Positions 18,136 through 26,597 are shown, counted from the first letter of the stretch. The stretch is 26,791 nt of DNA from an uncultured Gemmatimonadaceae bacterium (GCA_964567985.1 CAZMPV010000001.1:1-26791); one strand, 5' to 3'. Notes: a model not told the origin generated them from the sequence alone. Translations and numbers: made by a program.

Positions 18136-19814
18136 AGGACCGTCCCCACGATCTCGGGCGCGTCGACCTGCGGTCGCTCGTCCACCCGTTCCTCCAGGAC
18201 GAGATTGTCGACCACCGGGCTCCGAGCCGGCGCCCCGCCGTCCGGGCCGTCGACCCCGTCGCCACCGTCCTCGGCGTCCTCCGGGAGCTCGGCGAGCTTC
18301 CTCAGGACTTCCCACATCTCCTCGTTGCTGTGTTCCGCGACCATCCGGGTCCCGAGCCCGTCTCCGTTCCGGTCCTTCCGCGTGGCCTTGTTCAGCTCGG
18401 TCACAAGGGTGGTTTGAACGCCGAAGTCCCCGTTCAGCGTCCCGTCGGCCAGCTTCGTCCGCACCTCGCCCACGAAGGAAGCGTCCAGGGAGATCGACGG
18501 CGGGATGCAGATCCGCATCACCAGGAGGAAGAAGAGCTGGAAGACGAAGACCACCACCGGTAGGAAGAGGCTGAAGACGAAGCGGGCCACGATGGTGATC
18601 AGCGGGATCGGGAAGGTGCAGATCTGGAACCCTTCCCGGCTCCCGTCCGCCGGCTCCGTCCCCTTGGCCTCGAAGCCGAGATTCGAGCCGTCGGGGCTCA
18701 CCATCCGGAGCCCCCCGGCCGGCCCGCTGTGGGCAGCGAGCTGGTCCAGGTCCGGCATCTCCACCGTGACGAGGACGTTCTTCTGCCCGTCCAGGTCGCC
18801 GTGGGACGCGATGCGGTACGGCTCGCTGGCCCGGCTCCACTCCAAGGGTCCCGGACAGTCGTTCCGCTCCCGGCGCCGGGGGCACCGCGCGTCGTGGCGG
18901 CGCACGAAGACCCGGATCCGGTAGAGGTGACGGGCGTCGAAGCGGGGAGATCCGTCGGAGCCGATGTCCGGAGTCTCGGTGGGAACCAGGCCGAAGAGGA
19001 GCCGTGCGCCCCGGGCCGGATCCTCCGACCGGTCCGGCCCGGGCACCAGCGGGTGCAGGGGATGAATCTGCTCACGGAGCTCCCCGGGCTCGTGCAACAC
19101 CGGCACCCAGCGGCCGTGTCCCTCGTGATCCGGGTCGGGGATCCATCCCTGCAGACGGCCGGTATCCGTCGTCGCGTCGAGCCCGGCGGCGGGCGTTCCG
19201 GCGTGCCCGACCGCCGCGCCTTTCCCGGAGACCGCAGCCTGGACGGGCTCGCCCGACGCCCCTCCCGGGCACGGGTAGGCGCTGCCGCCCGCGGCCGGCG
19301 TGGGCCTCCCCCCGACTTCCCCGGCGCCCACCCCCGCCGGCCTCGCTTCCTCCACGGCCACGGCCCCGTCCACAACCCCTGTGGCCGCCGGCGCGCCCTC
19401 ACCCGGCGGCGCCCACCGCCGGATCACGAAGCCCATCTCGCAGGCGTGGTCCAGGCCGGCGTCGGGGAGGCCGGGGGCGTCGCAGTGCAGGGAGCAGACG
19501 ATCAGGTAGTGACGCTTGTGGGTGGGGCGGAAGAGCTTCCTCACCGCGACCCCTGCCCACCCCGAGGAGGGCCCTCCCCACGCGATCCTGGCCCCGTCGT
19601 CGTACACGGACCGCTCGGTGGCCGCCACGAAGTCCTCGCCGGCCTGGAAGCGGTACGACGCCTGAGGATCTTCCAGGAACCGGTTCACCAGGCCCGGGTC
19701 CGCGTACTTCTGGAAGACCGGACGGCCCTGGCGGGGCAGGACGCCGTCTTCCTCGGCCTGGCGTTGCCAGCGGTACCACGGCGCCACGAGTCGGAGCTTC
19801 GGAGTCGCGGTCAT
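18132..19814 (-). CDS. Uncharacterised eCIS protein, 560 aa, with a ~40-aa hydrophobic segment (candidate membrane anchor or translocator)
   Basis: ATG 4 nt after the spike stop; its stop overlaps the gp25 start. Hydrophobic run ICTFPIPLITIVARFVFSLFLPVVVFVFQLFFLLVMRICIPP at 18498-18626. Function not recognised. Confidence 0.78.
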   Translation of the reverse strand: MTATPKLRLVAPWYRWQRQAEEDGVLPRQGRPVFQKYADPGLVNRFLEDPQASYRFQAGEDFVAATERSVYDDGARIAWGGPSSGWAGVAVRKLFRPTHKRHYLIVCSLHCDAPGLPDAGLDHACEMGFVIRRWAPPGEGAPAATGVVDGAVAVEEARPAGVGAGEVGGRPTPAAGGSAYPCPGGASGEPVQAAVSGKGAAVGHAGTPAAGLDATTDTGRLQGWIPDPDHEGHGRWVPVLHEPGELREQIHPLHPLVPGPDRSEDPARGARLLFGLVPTETPDIGSDGSPRFDARHLYRIRVFVRRHDARCPRRRERNDCPGPLEWSRASEPYRIASHGDLDGQKNVLVTVEMPDLDQLAAHSGPAGGLRMVSPDGSNLGFEAKGTEPADGSREGFQICTFPIPLITIVARFVFSLFLPVVVFVFQLFFLLVMRICIPPSISLDASFVGEVRTKLADGTLNGDFGVQTTLVTELNKATRKDRNGDGLGTRMVAEHSNEEMWEVLRKLAELPEDAEDGGDGVDGPDGGAPARSPVVDNLVLEERVDERPQVDAPEIVGTVL

Positions 19815-19818
19815 CGGC

Positions 19819-20481
19819 TCACCAGATGTTGCCGGCGCCCGGCGTGTACGACGGCGAGACGACCCCGGCGCTGGCGATCAGCGTCGTGCACTGGATCATC
19901 CCGTCGAAGATCGCGGTGGGGGCGTGGACGTTGAGGGCCGACGCCGTGACCTCCACGGTGGAGGTAGCCTGGACGTCGATCCGCCCTCCGGCGTCCATGG
20001 TGATGGAGGGACCCATGGAGTGCCGGAGGCGGATCTCCGCCGACCCCTCGTCCAGGACCAGCTCGTGTCCGGCCGGGGTGGTCAGGGTGATCTTCGTCGC
20101 CCCCTCCGTGTCGTCGAACTCCAGCAGGCTCCCGGAGCGGGTCTTCAGCACCCGCTTGTCGTTCGCCTCGTCGGGGGGCTCGGGCATCGCCTCCCGGCCG
20201 TTCCACGCGGCCCCCACGATGTAGGGGCGCCGCAGGTCCCCGGCCTCGAAGCCCACCACCACCTGGGTATCCACAGAGGGAAGGGCCTCGAAGCCCTGGT
20301 CGTCCTCGGCGTAGGGGCTCAGGAGCGTGGCCCACGCCCGCACGCTCTCGCCCTCCTCGCCGAGCCAGGGAAAGCGGACCTCCACCCGCCCCAGCTCCTC
20401 CGGGTCGGTGAGCCGGGTCACGATGGCGGGGTAGAGTCCGTACAGCCCCGGTCGAGAGCGTCCCTCGCATCCGCATCCCAT
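19819..20481 (-). CDS. Phage baseplate assembly protein V / gp5-like spike (VgrG C-terminal half), 220 aa
   Basis: OB-fold motifs GLYPAIVT...DPEELGRVEVRFPWL, WATL..P.A....G...LP.V...VVVGFEAGDLRRPYIVGA.WNG, followed by beta-helix KRVLKTRSGSLLEFDD. TGATG coupling with the upstream gene at 20479-20483. Confidence 0.92.
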   Translation of the reverse strand: MGCGCEGRSRPGLYGLYPAIVTRLTDPEELGRVEVRFPWLGEEGESVRAWATLLSPYAEDDQGFEALPSVDTQVVVGFEAGDLRRPYIVGAAWNGREAMPEPPDEANDKRVLKTRSGSLLEFDDTEGATKITLTTPAGHELVLDEGSAEIRLRHSMGPSITMDAGGRIDVQATSTVEVTASALNVHAPTAIFDGMIQCTTLIASAGVVSPSYTPGAGNIW

Positions 20482-21566
20482 CAGATCCGTCCTCCCAGGT
20501 CCGGCCGCTCGGCCTCGAACCGGGTGCGATGCCCCGACTCCAGGTCGTAGGTGTGCATGACATCGGTGACGTAGTAGGCCCCACCCCCGAAGGGCGTACC
20601 CACTCCCTCCAGACGGAGGCGGCTCCCCACGTCCATCTCCGGGGTGCCCCGGGTCGTCCCCGACGCGGTGACGAAGCGCCGTCCGCGCCGGAGCATCTCG
20701 GCCCGGGCCCAGTCGGCCGCCTCGGCGCCCCGGAGGGGGACCTCCCGGACCCGCTGGCTCGGCCGGTCGCCGAAGGCTCGGCTCAGGACCTCGGGCCCGG
20801 TGCTCCCTCCCGGGACCTCGGCCCGGAGGGCGTCGACCCCGGCGACCTCCCGGATCGACTCCCTCCCGGCGGCGTCATAGCCACACACGGCGAGCTCGGA
20901 GCGCTGGTGTGCCAGATCGGCCCGGAGGGTCACGCTCAGGAGGTCGGCGCCCTCCGCCAGCGTGATCTCCTCGCCTCTCCGCTCGTCCCGGCTCTCGAAG
21001 TGCAGCGTTCCCTCCTCCACCCAGAGGTCGGCCTGGAGGAGGGCGGCCCGTTCCCGGAGGAAGGCGAGGTCGCTGGTGTCGAGCTGCTGGACCAGGTCAT
21101 AGGTGGGACCCGGCGCGGTCACCTGGGCGCCCAGCCCGTGCTCGCCGGCGATCTCCGCCGCGATGTCGCCGTCGGTCATCTCCTGATAGCTCCGCATCCG
21201 CCGGGTCATGCGGAGCTGCATGAGCTCGTCCTCTGCGAAGACCACCACCTCCGGGGGCAGCGCCTCGGAGAAGTGCCCCTCGATGCCCGAGACCCTGCCC
21301 AGAAAGACGGTCCGGTCAGAGCCCGACGGGCCCAGAGAGACCCGGAGCTCGCTCCCGAAGCGGAGGATCTCGCCGTCCAGGTAGAGGAGGCTGTCCCGGT
21401 CCTCGCCCTCCCGGGGCCCCAGGGCCACCAGGCTCAGCTTCAGGGTCCGGAGCCCCCGGGTCGTGTGCCGCACCTCCAGGCGCAGCAGGTCCCGGATCAG
21501 CTCTCCCGTCCGTTCGCCGTCCACGGTGAAGACCGGCGCCGCGGAGTACAGCAGCGGATCAGCCAT
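20481..21566 (-). CDS. Phage late control D / gp27-like baseplate hub (VgrG N-terminal half, Afp8-like), 361 aa
   Basis: Motifs VFLGRVSGIEG.F, MTRRMRSY..MTD.DIA..IA.EHGL, Q...SDLAFLRERA, G.T.GTP...VG..LRL.GVG..F.G.YYV..V.H.YD...G.RT.F.A.RP. Confidence 0.9.
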   Translation of the reverse strand: MADPLLYSAAPVFTVDGERTGELIRDLLRLEVRHTTRGLRTLKLSLVALGPREGEDRDSLLYLDGEILRFGSELRVSLGPSGSDRTVFLGRVSGIEGHFSEALPPEVVVFAEDELMQLRMTRRMRSYQEMTDGDIAAEIAGEHGLGAQVTAPGPTYDLVQQLDTSDLAFLRERAALLQADLWVEEGTLHFESRDERRGEEITLAEGADLLSVTLRADLAHQRSELAVCGYDAAGRESIREVAGVDALRAEVPGGSTGPEVLSRAFGDRPSQRVREVPLRGAEAADWARAEMLRRGRRFVTASGTTRGTPEMDVGSRLRLEGVGTPFGGGAYYVTDVMHTYDLESGHRTRFEAERPDLGGRI

Positions 21567-21744
21567 GGAAGCCCTCCGCCCGGGTCCGGGCCTCCTCGGA
21601 TTCCAGGCGGGCCCGTGCGCTTCGGAGGCGATCCACCGCCTTCCAGCGGCTTCCGTCGCCCGGGGCGGGCGGCGCCGGGCCCTCTCCCCCGTCCTCGGGC
21701 CGGGCCGTAATCTCGGTGGAGACCTCGTTCACGTGGACCGGCAT
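21559..21744 (-). CDS. Small eCIS protein, 61 aa (Afp6/DUF5908-like, plug candidate)
   Basis: The real start is probably ATG at 21742-21744 (TGATG overlap with the upstream stop, GGAGGAGG upstream), not 21762. MPVHVNEVSTEI resembles the MP(I/V)x(I/V)xE N-terminus of Afp6-like proteins. Its stop overlaps the hub start by 8 nt. Confidence 0.65.
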   Translation of the reverse strand: MPVHVNEVSTEITARPEDGGEGPAPPAPGDGSRWKAVDRLRSARARLESEEARTRAEGFHG

Positions 21745-22982
21745 CAGCCCTCCTCCTCCCACGAAGGACGGATGGGGTCGCTCGGGCCGTCCGCACCCCC
21801 GTCGTTCGGAGATCCGCCGCCGGGGTGGAGGACCGGGGCCGGGCCCGGCGCTCCACCGCCCCGGAGCGGCCGCAGGGGAACGCCGCGCCCGAAGGTCAGC
21901 GTCCGCCGGTCACCGCTTCCTCCGGCCGACGCGACGCCGCCGGCCGACCCGCCGCCGGCCGCGGAGGCCACGGCGGAGTCTCCCACCCCGGTCGATGCGC
22001 CGGCCTCGGCGGTCCCGTCGGCGGCGGAGCCGAAGGCGGAGCGCTCGGCTCCGGACTCGGCTCGGGCGCTCGCCCGGGCGGCTGCGGTCAGCGCCGCCGA
22101 GAGCCCCCCGGCGCCGGAGAGGGCCTTCCCCCGGGCCAGGACGCCGCCCGCCGCCTCCAGCCCCAGGCCCGCCTCGGCCGACGCCCCGCTCCCGCCGGTG
22201 GCCCCGGCCCGCGCCCCCACCCCGAGCTCGCTGCCCAGGGTGGAGTCGAAGGGCAGGTCCATCCCCGCCGGCAGCGAGAGGGGGTTCTCCACCTGGTCGG
22301 CCAGGGCGCGCCACCGGGACGGGTCCAGGCCCTGACGGACGGCGAAATCGGCCAGGCTCTCCCCCTCCCGGGTGGAGTCGCTCCGGTCGGGATCGCCCCG
22401 GGACTCGCTCCCGGGCTCCCCGGGCCGGCCCTCCCCCTGGCCGCCGGAGCCGTCCCTGCTGGAAGGCGACTCCTCGGAGGCGCCCGCCCCCGCCTCCAGG
22501 TACTGGTAGCGGGGGTCCTGCTCCCGGATGCTCACGCTCGTCTTGGCCCGGAGGGGGGTGCCGTCCGGCGAGAAGAGCTCGAAGTCGACGGAGAGGTTCG
22601 TGATGACCCCGATCAGGATCAGGTCGCCCCAGTGGAAGCGGACCATGGGCGGAGACGGCTTCTCCTCGCCGTCCTCCTTCTTCGGCACCAGGAAGCGCTC
22701 GACCATCGCGGTCCGCTCCCGCACGTCCCGGGCGGTTCCGTCGTCCCGGATCTCGTCGGCGGTGTCGAAGACCAGGTCGAAGCTCAGCTCGGTGGAGCTC
22801 CGGCCCACGTGCTGCCGCACCTGACGCGCCCGGCTCTCGCCGCCCTCCACCTGGTTCCGAAGCGTCAGCCGCAGGGACTCGGGGTTGAACTGGACTTCGA
22901 CCTCCGTCCCCTCCACGGCCTCCACGTCGCCGTTGGCGTTCCGCATCTCCTGGAGCGTGGCCTTCCTCAACCCGGTGCTCAT
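21744..22982 (-). CDS. CIS tube initiator (Afp7-like) with LysM-like domain and long Ala/Gly/Ser-rich tail, 412 aa
   Basis: KATL...EVQFNPESLRLT, LSFDLVFDT, PP.VRFHWG.....GVITNLSVDFELFSPDGTPLRAK.SVS..E are Afp7-type motifs. LysM-like REGESLADFA..GLDPSRWRALA..ENPLSL..G at ~22253-22373. Confidence 0.85.
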   Translation of the reverse strand: MSTGLRKATLQEMRNANGDVEAVEGTEVEVQFNPESLRLTLRNQVEGGESRARQVRQHVGRSSTELSFDLVFDTADEIRDDGTARDVRERTAMVERFLVPKKEDGEEKPSPPMVRFHWGDLILIGVITNLSVDFELFSPDGTPLRAKTSVSIREQDPRYQYLEAGAGASEESPSSRDGSGGQGEGRPGEPGSESRGDPDRSDSTREGESLADFAVRQGLDPSRWRALADQVENPLSLPAGMDLPFDSTLGSELGVGARAGATGGSGASAEAGLGLEAAGGVLARGKALSGAGGLSAALTAAARASARAESGAERSAFGSAADGTAEAGASTGVGDSAVASAAGGGSAGGVASAGGSGDRRTLTFGRGVPLRPLRGGGAPGPAPVLHPGGGSPNDGGADGPSDPIRPSWEEEG

Positions 22983-22986
22983 GCCG

Positions 22987-23541
22987 TCACGCCTCCATCC
23001 TCAGGCCCTCGTGGGCAATGTGGATCTCCTCGATGGCGACCTCGCCTGTGCGGGCGTTCAATGCCGGGCCCGCGACCTTCACCGGGAGTCCCCGGCTGAA
23101 CGTCCAGGTGGCCACGACGTTGCCGGCCCGCTCGCCCCGGCGGTCCATGAGCTCGACGACCCCGTCGTAGCGCCGGACCGGGTGCCGCCCGCTCAGGATC
23201 TGCTGGAGCCAGCTCCAGAGCTCCGGGTTCACGCCCTCGTCCTCGCCGAAGAACATCCCCCGCTTGAGAATCAGGTTCTGGTACGTGCCGCGGCCCACGA
23301 GCCGGACCGTGCCGTCGTTTCTGCCACCCTCCCTGTGCTCCTGGACGTCCATCTCGATCTCCAGCCCCGAGCACTCCTGGAAGCCGCCGTCGGCCAGCAG
23401 CTCGCCACCGGCCTCGCCGGAGCCCCCGCTCGCGGAGGAGACGTCGCCGTCGGACCCCCGGGGTCCGCTCTTCCGGAGCGTGACCCGGAAGTTGAACGTG
23501 CCCGCCGGACGTGCGGACCGGTTCTCCTTCGGCTCCGGCAT
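22987..23541 (-). CDS. Phage tail tube protein 2 (T4 gp19 family, Afp1/Afp5-like), 184 aa
   Basis: FNFRV, GGFQECSGLEIE, EGGRN, NLILKRG, LWSW, W.F.RGLPVK..GP.LNA..GEVAIEE..IAHEGL. Gly/Ser loop insertion near the N-terminus. Confidence 0.93.
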   Translation of the reverse strand: MPEPKENRSARPAGTFNFRVTLRKSGPRGSDGDVSSASGGSGEAGGELLADGGFQECSGLEIEMDVQEHREGGRNDGTVRLVGRGTYQNLILKRGMFFGEDEGVNPELWSWLQQILSGRHPVRRYDGVVELMDRRGERAGNVVATWTFSRGLPVKVAGPALNARTGEVAIEEIHIAHEGLRMEA

Positions 23542-23545
23542 CGCT

Positions 23546-26110
23546 CTATGTCTCCGCCCGGACCGATCCGTCCGGGTCCCGGGCGAGGCGCAGGACCAGG
23601 AACTCGGCTGGCTCGGCCGGAGCCACGCCCACCTCGGCCAGGAGCCGGCCCGCGTCCACGACGCGGGGCGGGTTCAGCGTCTCGTCGCAGCGCACGAAGA
23701 AGGCGTCCTCCTCGGTGGCGGGAGCGAAGGCGTTGGCCCGGTGGAGCCCCCGGAGAAACTCGGTCAGGAGGCGAGTCAGCTGCCCCCGGAGCGCCCGGCC
23801 GTTGGGCTCGAACGCGGTCCACGCCATCTGCCGCTCCAGAACCCGGGCGATCATGGTCATGAGCCGACGCACGCTGAGCTGCCGGTAGGACGGGTCCCGG
23901 GAGAGGGTCCGGGCCCCGGTGAGCCGGACGCCGTCGGGATCGCGCCGAAAGACGTTGATCCCCAGCGGGTGAAGCGCGTCATGGTGCCGGCCCGCCACCG
24001 TCTCCGAGAGGCGGACCACGTCCCGGGCCAGCGCGTTGGCGGGTCCGTGGGGCACCCCGTGCTCGTTCTCGACCCGGGCCACGATTCCCGCGGCCACCGC
24101 GGCGGGGTTCACCCGGATCGGCGTCGGCCGGCCGTCCTCGGAGACCGAGACCTCGGTCCAGGGGTGATAGGCCGCGGCGAAGGCCGTGCCGAAGCGGCCG
24201 CGCCAGCGGACGATCTCCTCCGGATCCAGCCCCGGGGGCACGTCGAGCAGGGCCACCAGCGAGCGCAGATCCGCGGCGAAGCCGGCGACGTCGCCCTGGA
24301 GCTCGACGATCCGCTCCAGGTCGGCGCCGTCGTCCGGATCGAGGCGGAGCCCGGCCAGCTCCGGCACGGGGTCCGCCTGCTCCACCGGCTCGCCGGGATG
24401 AACGCACGGGGCGAAGGCCGGCCCCGCCAGGGAGACGGGGTCGCTCACGTCCTCCACCGGCTGGAGGGGGCCCGGAGAGTAGAGGTCCGGCACCACCAGG
24501 AGCGCAGCCTCCGCCACGCTTCCCACGGCCTGGATCCCGTCGCCCGGCTCCTCGTCCCGCTGGCTCCACCCGGGGTCGAAGAAGTCCTCGGGGACGATGT
24601 CGGCGTAGCGGTCGGCGCCTCCCCGGAAGGGGCCCGACTCCAGCCGCTCCCGGTCCAGGAGCCCAGGGGTCACCTCCAGCGTCGCGCCGGCCCACTCGGG
24701 GTGGGCGCGCGCCAGCTCCGACTCCCGGCCCACCACGCCGTGGATCCAGCGGGGGTGGGCGGGGGTGAGCCCCAGCCCCTGAAAAACCTCGCTCCGCCCC
24801 TCCTGCACCGCCGCCTCCGCCCGGACCTCGTGGAGGCGGAGCTCCGCCTCCACCCGCTCCGTACGGACCGGGTCGCCGGCCGGGGCCGCGTCCAGGACCA
24901 GGCGCCGCACCCGATCCGGCCGGTCCGGGTGCCAGCCGTCCACCACGTCGATCACCGTCCGCACCTCCCGGGTGCCGTCGGAGAGGCGAAGCAGCAGGGT
25001 GGCGCCCAGGGGCACCGGGGCGCCGCCCGGGCGGACCAGGAGGTCGCCGCCGCGGAGCTCGGGGACCGCCACGGGCTCGGTCCGGAAGGAGAGCGACGCC
25101 CGCAGGCGGTCGCCCCACCGACCCTCGCTCCGGGCCTCCAGCCAGACCCCGTCGTCAAGCGGCCGGACACCGGGGGCCGCGCCCCGGGCCGGCCTCCCCG
25201 TGCCGCCGCCGCGGAAGGGATCCCCCTGGGGCGGATCGACCAGGGAGGGAGAGGCGGGGCGGAGCTCCCGCTGCGCCCAGCGGGGGTCCGCCCTCAGCAG
25301 GACCGACTCCGCCTCCAGGACGGCGGCCACCCAGCGGGGATGGGCGGGGGTCAGCCCCAGGTCGGCGTGCCTCTCCGACGACCCGCCTCCGTCGACGTCG
25401 AGGGTCATCCCGACCCGCTGGACGGCGGTGGGGTCGCCCTCCACCTCCGCGGCCGGCACCGCCACCCGCACCGGCGCGCCCGCCAGCTCGTCGTCCCGGG
25501 CGCTATCCACCCGATGGAAGCGGCTTCCGTTACCTGCCAGCTCGACCCGGAGGAGGTCGCCGATCCCCACCGTCGCCCCGTCGTCCAGGGCGAAGCCGCC
25601 CTCCAGCAGACCCCGGAAGCCCAGGTCCGCAGCGGTCCACGAGGTCCGGACCCGGATCCCGTTCCCGGCGTCCCCCGGCGAAGCGGCCCGAAGAGGGAGA
25701 CCCGTCCCGCCCCGGTGGAGCAGGCCCGAGAGGGGGGCCGACGCCCGTCCCTCCTCGTCCCGGACGTCGCCGTAGCCATGGACGATCCGCACCACGTGGG
25801 CCCGACGACCGCCCTGACGGAAGAAGGCGTGCACGGCGTAGGGCAGGAGGCCCGGACCCGAGAAGCCCCCGTAGAGTCGCACGTACTCGGTCCAGCTCTC
25901 CACGGACACCGCCAGAGAGCGGCGGACGCCCCGCTCCGAATAGGGCGACGCCGCCGGCCAGGGCGATTCCCGCACCGGCTCCCGCACCGGCCCCCGGGGC
26001 GCCACGCCCACGAAGGCGCACACGTCCATGCGCACGCCGGTCAGCCGGCGCAGCGGCCCGTCGGTCTCCCAGTAGACGCCCGGGGCGCCCAGGACGCGGG
26101 AGCCGATCAT
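23546..26110 (-). CDS. Phage tail sheath protein 2 (extended, internal duplication), 854 aa
   Basis: N-terminal APGVY, DVCAFVG...RGP, SW.EY...YG, PYAV.AFF..GGRRA.VVR. C-terminal ALLDVPP, AAAYHPW, A.AG..AR, PAN, L...GIN, GARTLS, VRRL, FEPN, AFFVRCDET.NP, GVAP..PAEF.V.R. Confidence 0.93.
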   Translation of the reverse strand: MIGSRVLGAPGVYWETDGPLRRLTGVRMDVCAFVGVAPRGPVREPVRESPWPAASPYSERGVRRSLAVSVESWTEYVRLYGGFSGPGLLPYAVHAFFRQGGRRAHVVRIVHGYGDVRDEEGRASAPLSGLLHRGGTGLPLRAASPGDAGNGIRVRTSWTAADLGFRGLLEGGFALDDGATVGIGDLLRVELAGNGSRFHRVDSARDDELAGAPVRVAVPAAEVEGDPTAVQRVGMTLDVDGGGSSERHADLGLTPAHPRWVAAVLEAESVLLRADPRWAQRELRPASPSLVDPPQGDPFRGGGTGRPARGAAPGVRPLDDGVWLEARSEGRWGDRLRASLSFRTEPVAVPELRGGDLLVRPGGAPVPLGATLLLRLSDGTREVRTVIDVVDGWHPDRPDRVRRLVLDAAPAGDPVRTERVEAELRLHEVRAEAAVQEGRSEVFQGLGLTPAHPRWIHGVVGRESELARAHPEWAGATLEVTPGLLDRERLESGPFRGGADRYADIVPEDFFDPGWSQRDEEPGDGIQAVGSVAEAALLVVPDLYSPGPLQPVEDVSDPVSLAGPAFAPCVHPGEPVEQADPVPELAGLRLDPDDGADLERIVELQGDVAGFAADLRSLVALLDVPPGLDPEEIVRWRGRFGTAFAAAYHPWTEVSVSEDGRPTPIRVNPAAVAAGIVARVENEHGVPHGPANALARDVVRLSETVAGRHHDALHPLGINVFRRDPDGVRLTGARTLSRDPSYRQLSVRRLMTMIARVLERQMAWTAFEPNGRALRGQLTRLLTEFLRGLHRANAFAPATEEDAFFVRCDETLNPPRVVDAGRLLAEVGVAPAEPAEFLVLRLARDPDGSVRAET

Positions 26111-26135
26111 CGGAGGACGGCCGGAGAGGCGGCGG

Positions 26136-26597
26136 TCACTGGTACTCGATCCCCTCGCAGGTGAAGATCAGCTCCTCCATCGCCACCTCGCCCCCGCCCT
26201 CGGCCGCCAGCGTGGGGCCGGTGTACTTCTTGGGCTGGGCGTCCCGAAGCTTGTAGGTGACGACGGGGTTGCGGGCCTCGTCCATCACGGTGATCAGGAC
26301 CTGCCTGGGATCGGCCGTCCCCTCCCGCACCCTCTTGAGCCATTCGAAGAGATCGGGGGAGCCCACCAGGCCCCGCTTGAGCGTCACGTCGTCCACCGAG
26401 TAGGTGTTGGGCACCTTGCGCACAGTGTTGAAGCGCTCGTTCCCGTTCCGGTACTCGGCGTAGCTCACCTCGGTGCCCAGGCCGCTCACGTCGGAGAAGC
26501 CCCCGACCACGGTCCCCTCGGCGCCGTCGCCCTGGTCGCCTCCCAGCGACACGAGAAAGTTGAACGCTCCATACGGGTTCTCTCTGAAGGTCGCCAT
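26136..26597 (-). CDS. Phage tail tube protein 1 (T4 gp19 family, Afp1/Afp5-like), 153 aa
   Basis: R.NPYGAFNFLV, GGFSDVSGL, EYRNG, K.P......VTLKRG, A.P.KYTGP.L.A.G.GEVAMEEL....EGI. ATG preceded by GGGAG. Confidence 0.95.
   Translation of the reverse strand: MATFRENPYGAFNFLVSLGGDQGDGAEGTVVGGFSDVSGLGTEVSYAEYRNGNERFNTVRKVPNTYSVDDVTLKRGLVGSPDLFEWLKRVREGTADPRQVLITVMDEARNPVVTYKLRDAQPKKYTGPTLAAEGGGEVAMEELIFTCEGIEYQ

Noticed and set aside
18136-18885. N-terminal 250 aa of the 378-aa ORF 17749..18885
   Set aside because: Overlaps the 560-aa gene out of frame and looks like junk. The gp25 motifs begin only at the GTG at 18135.
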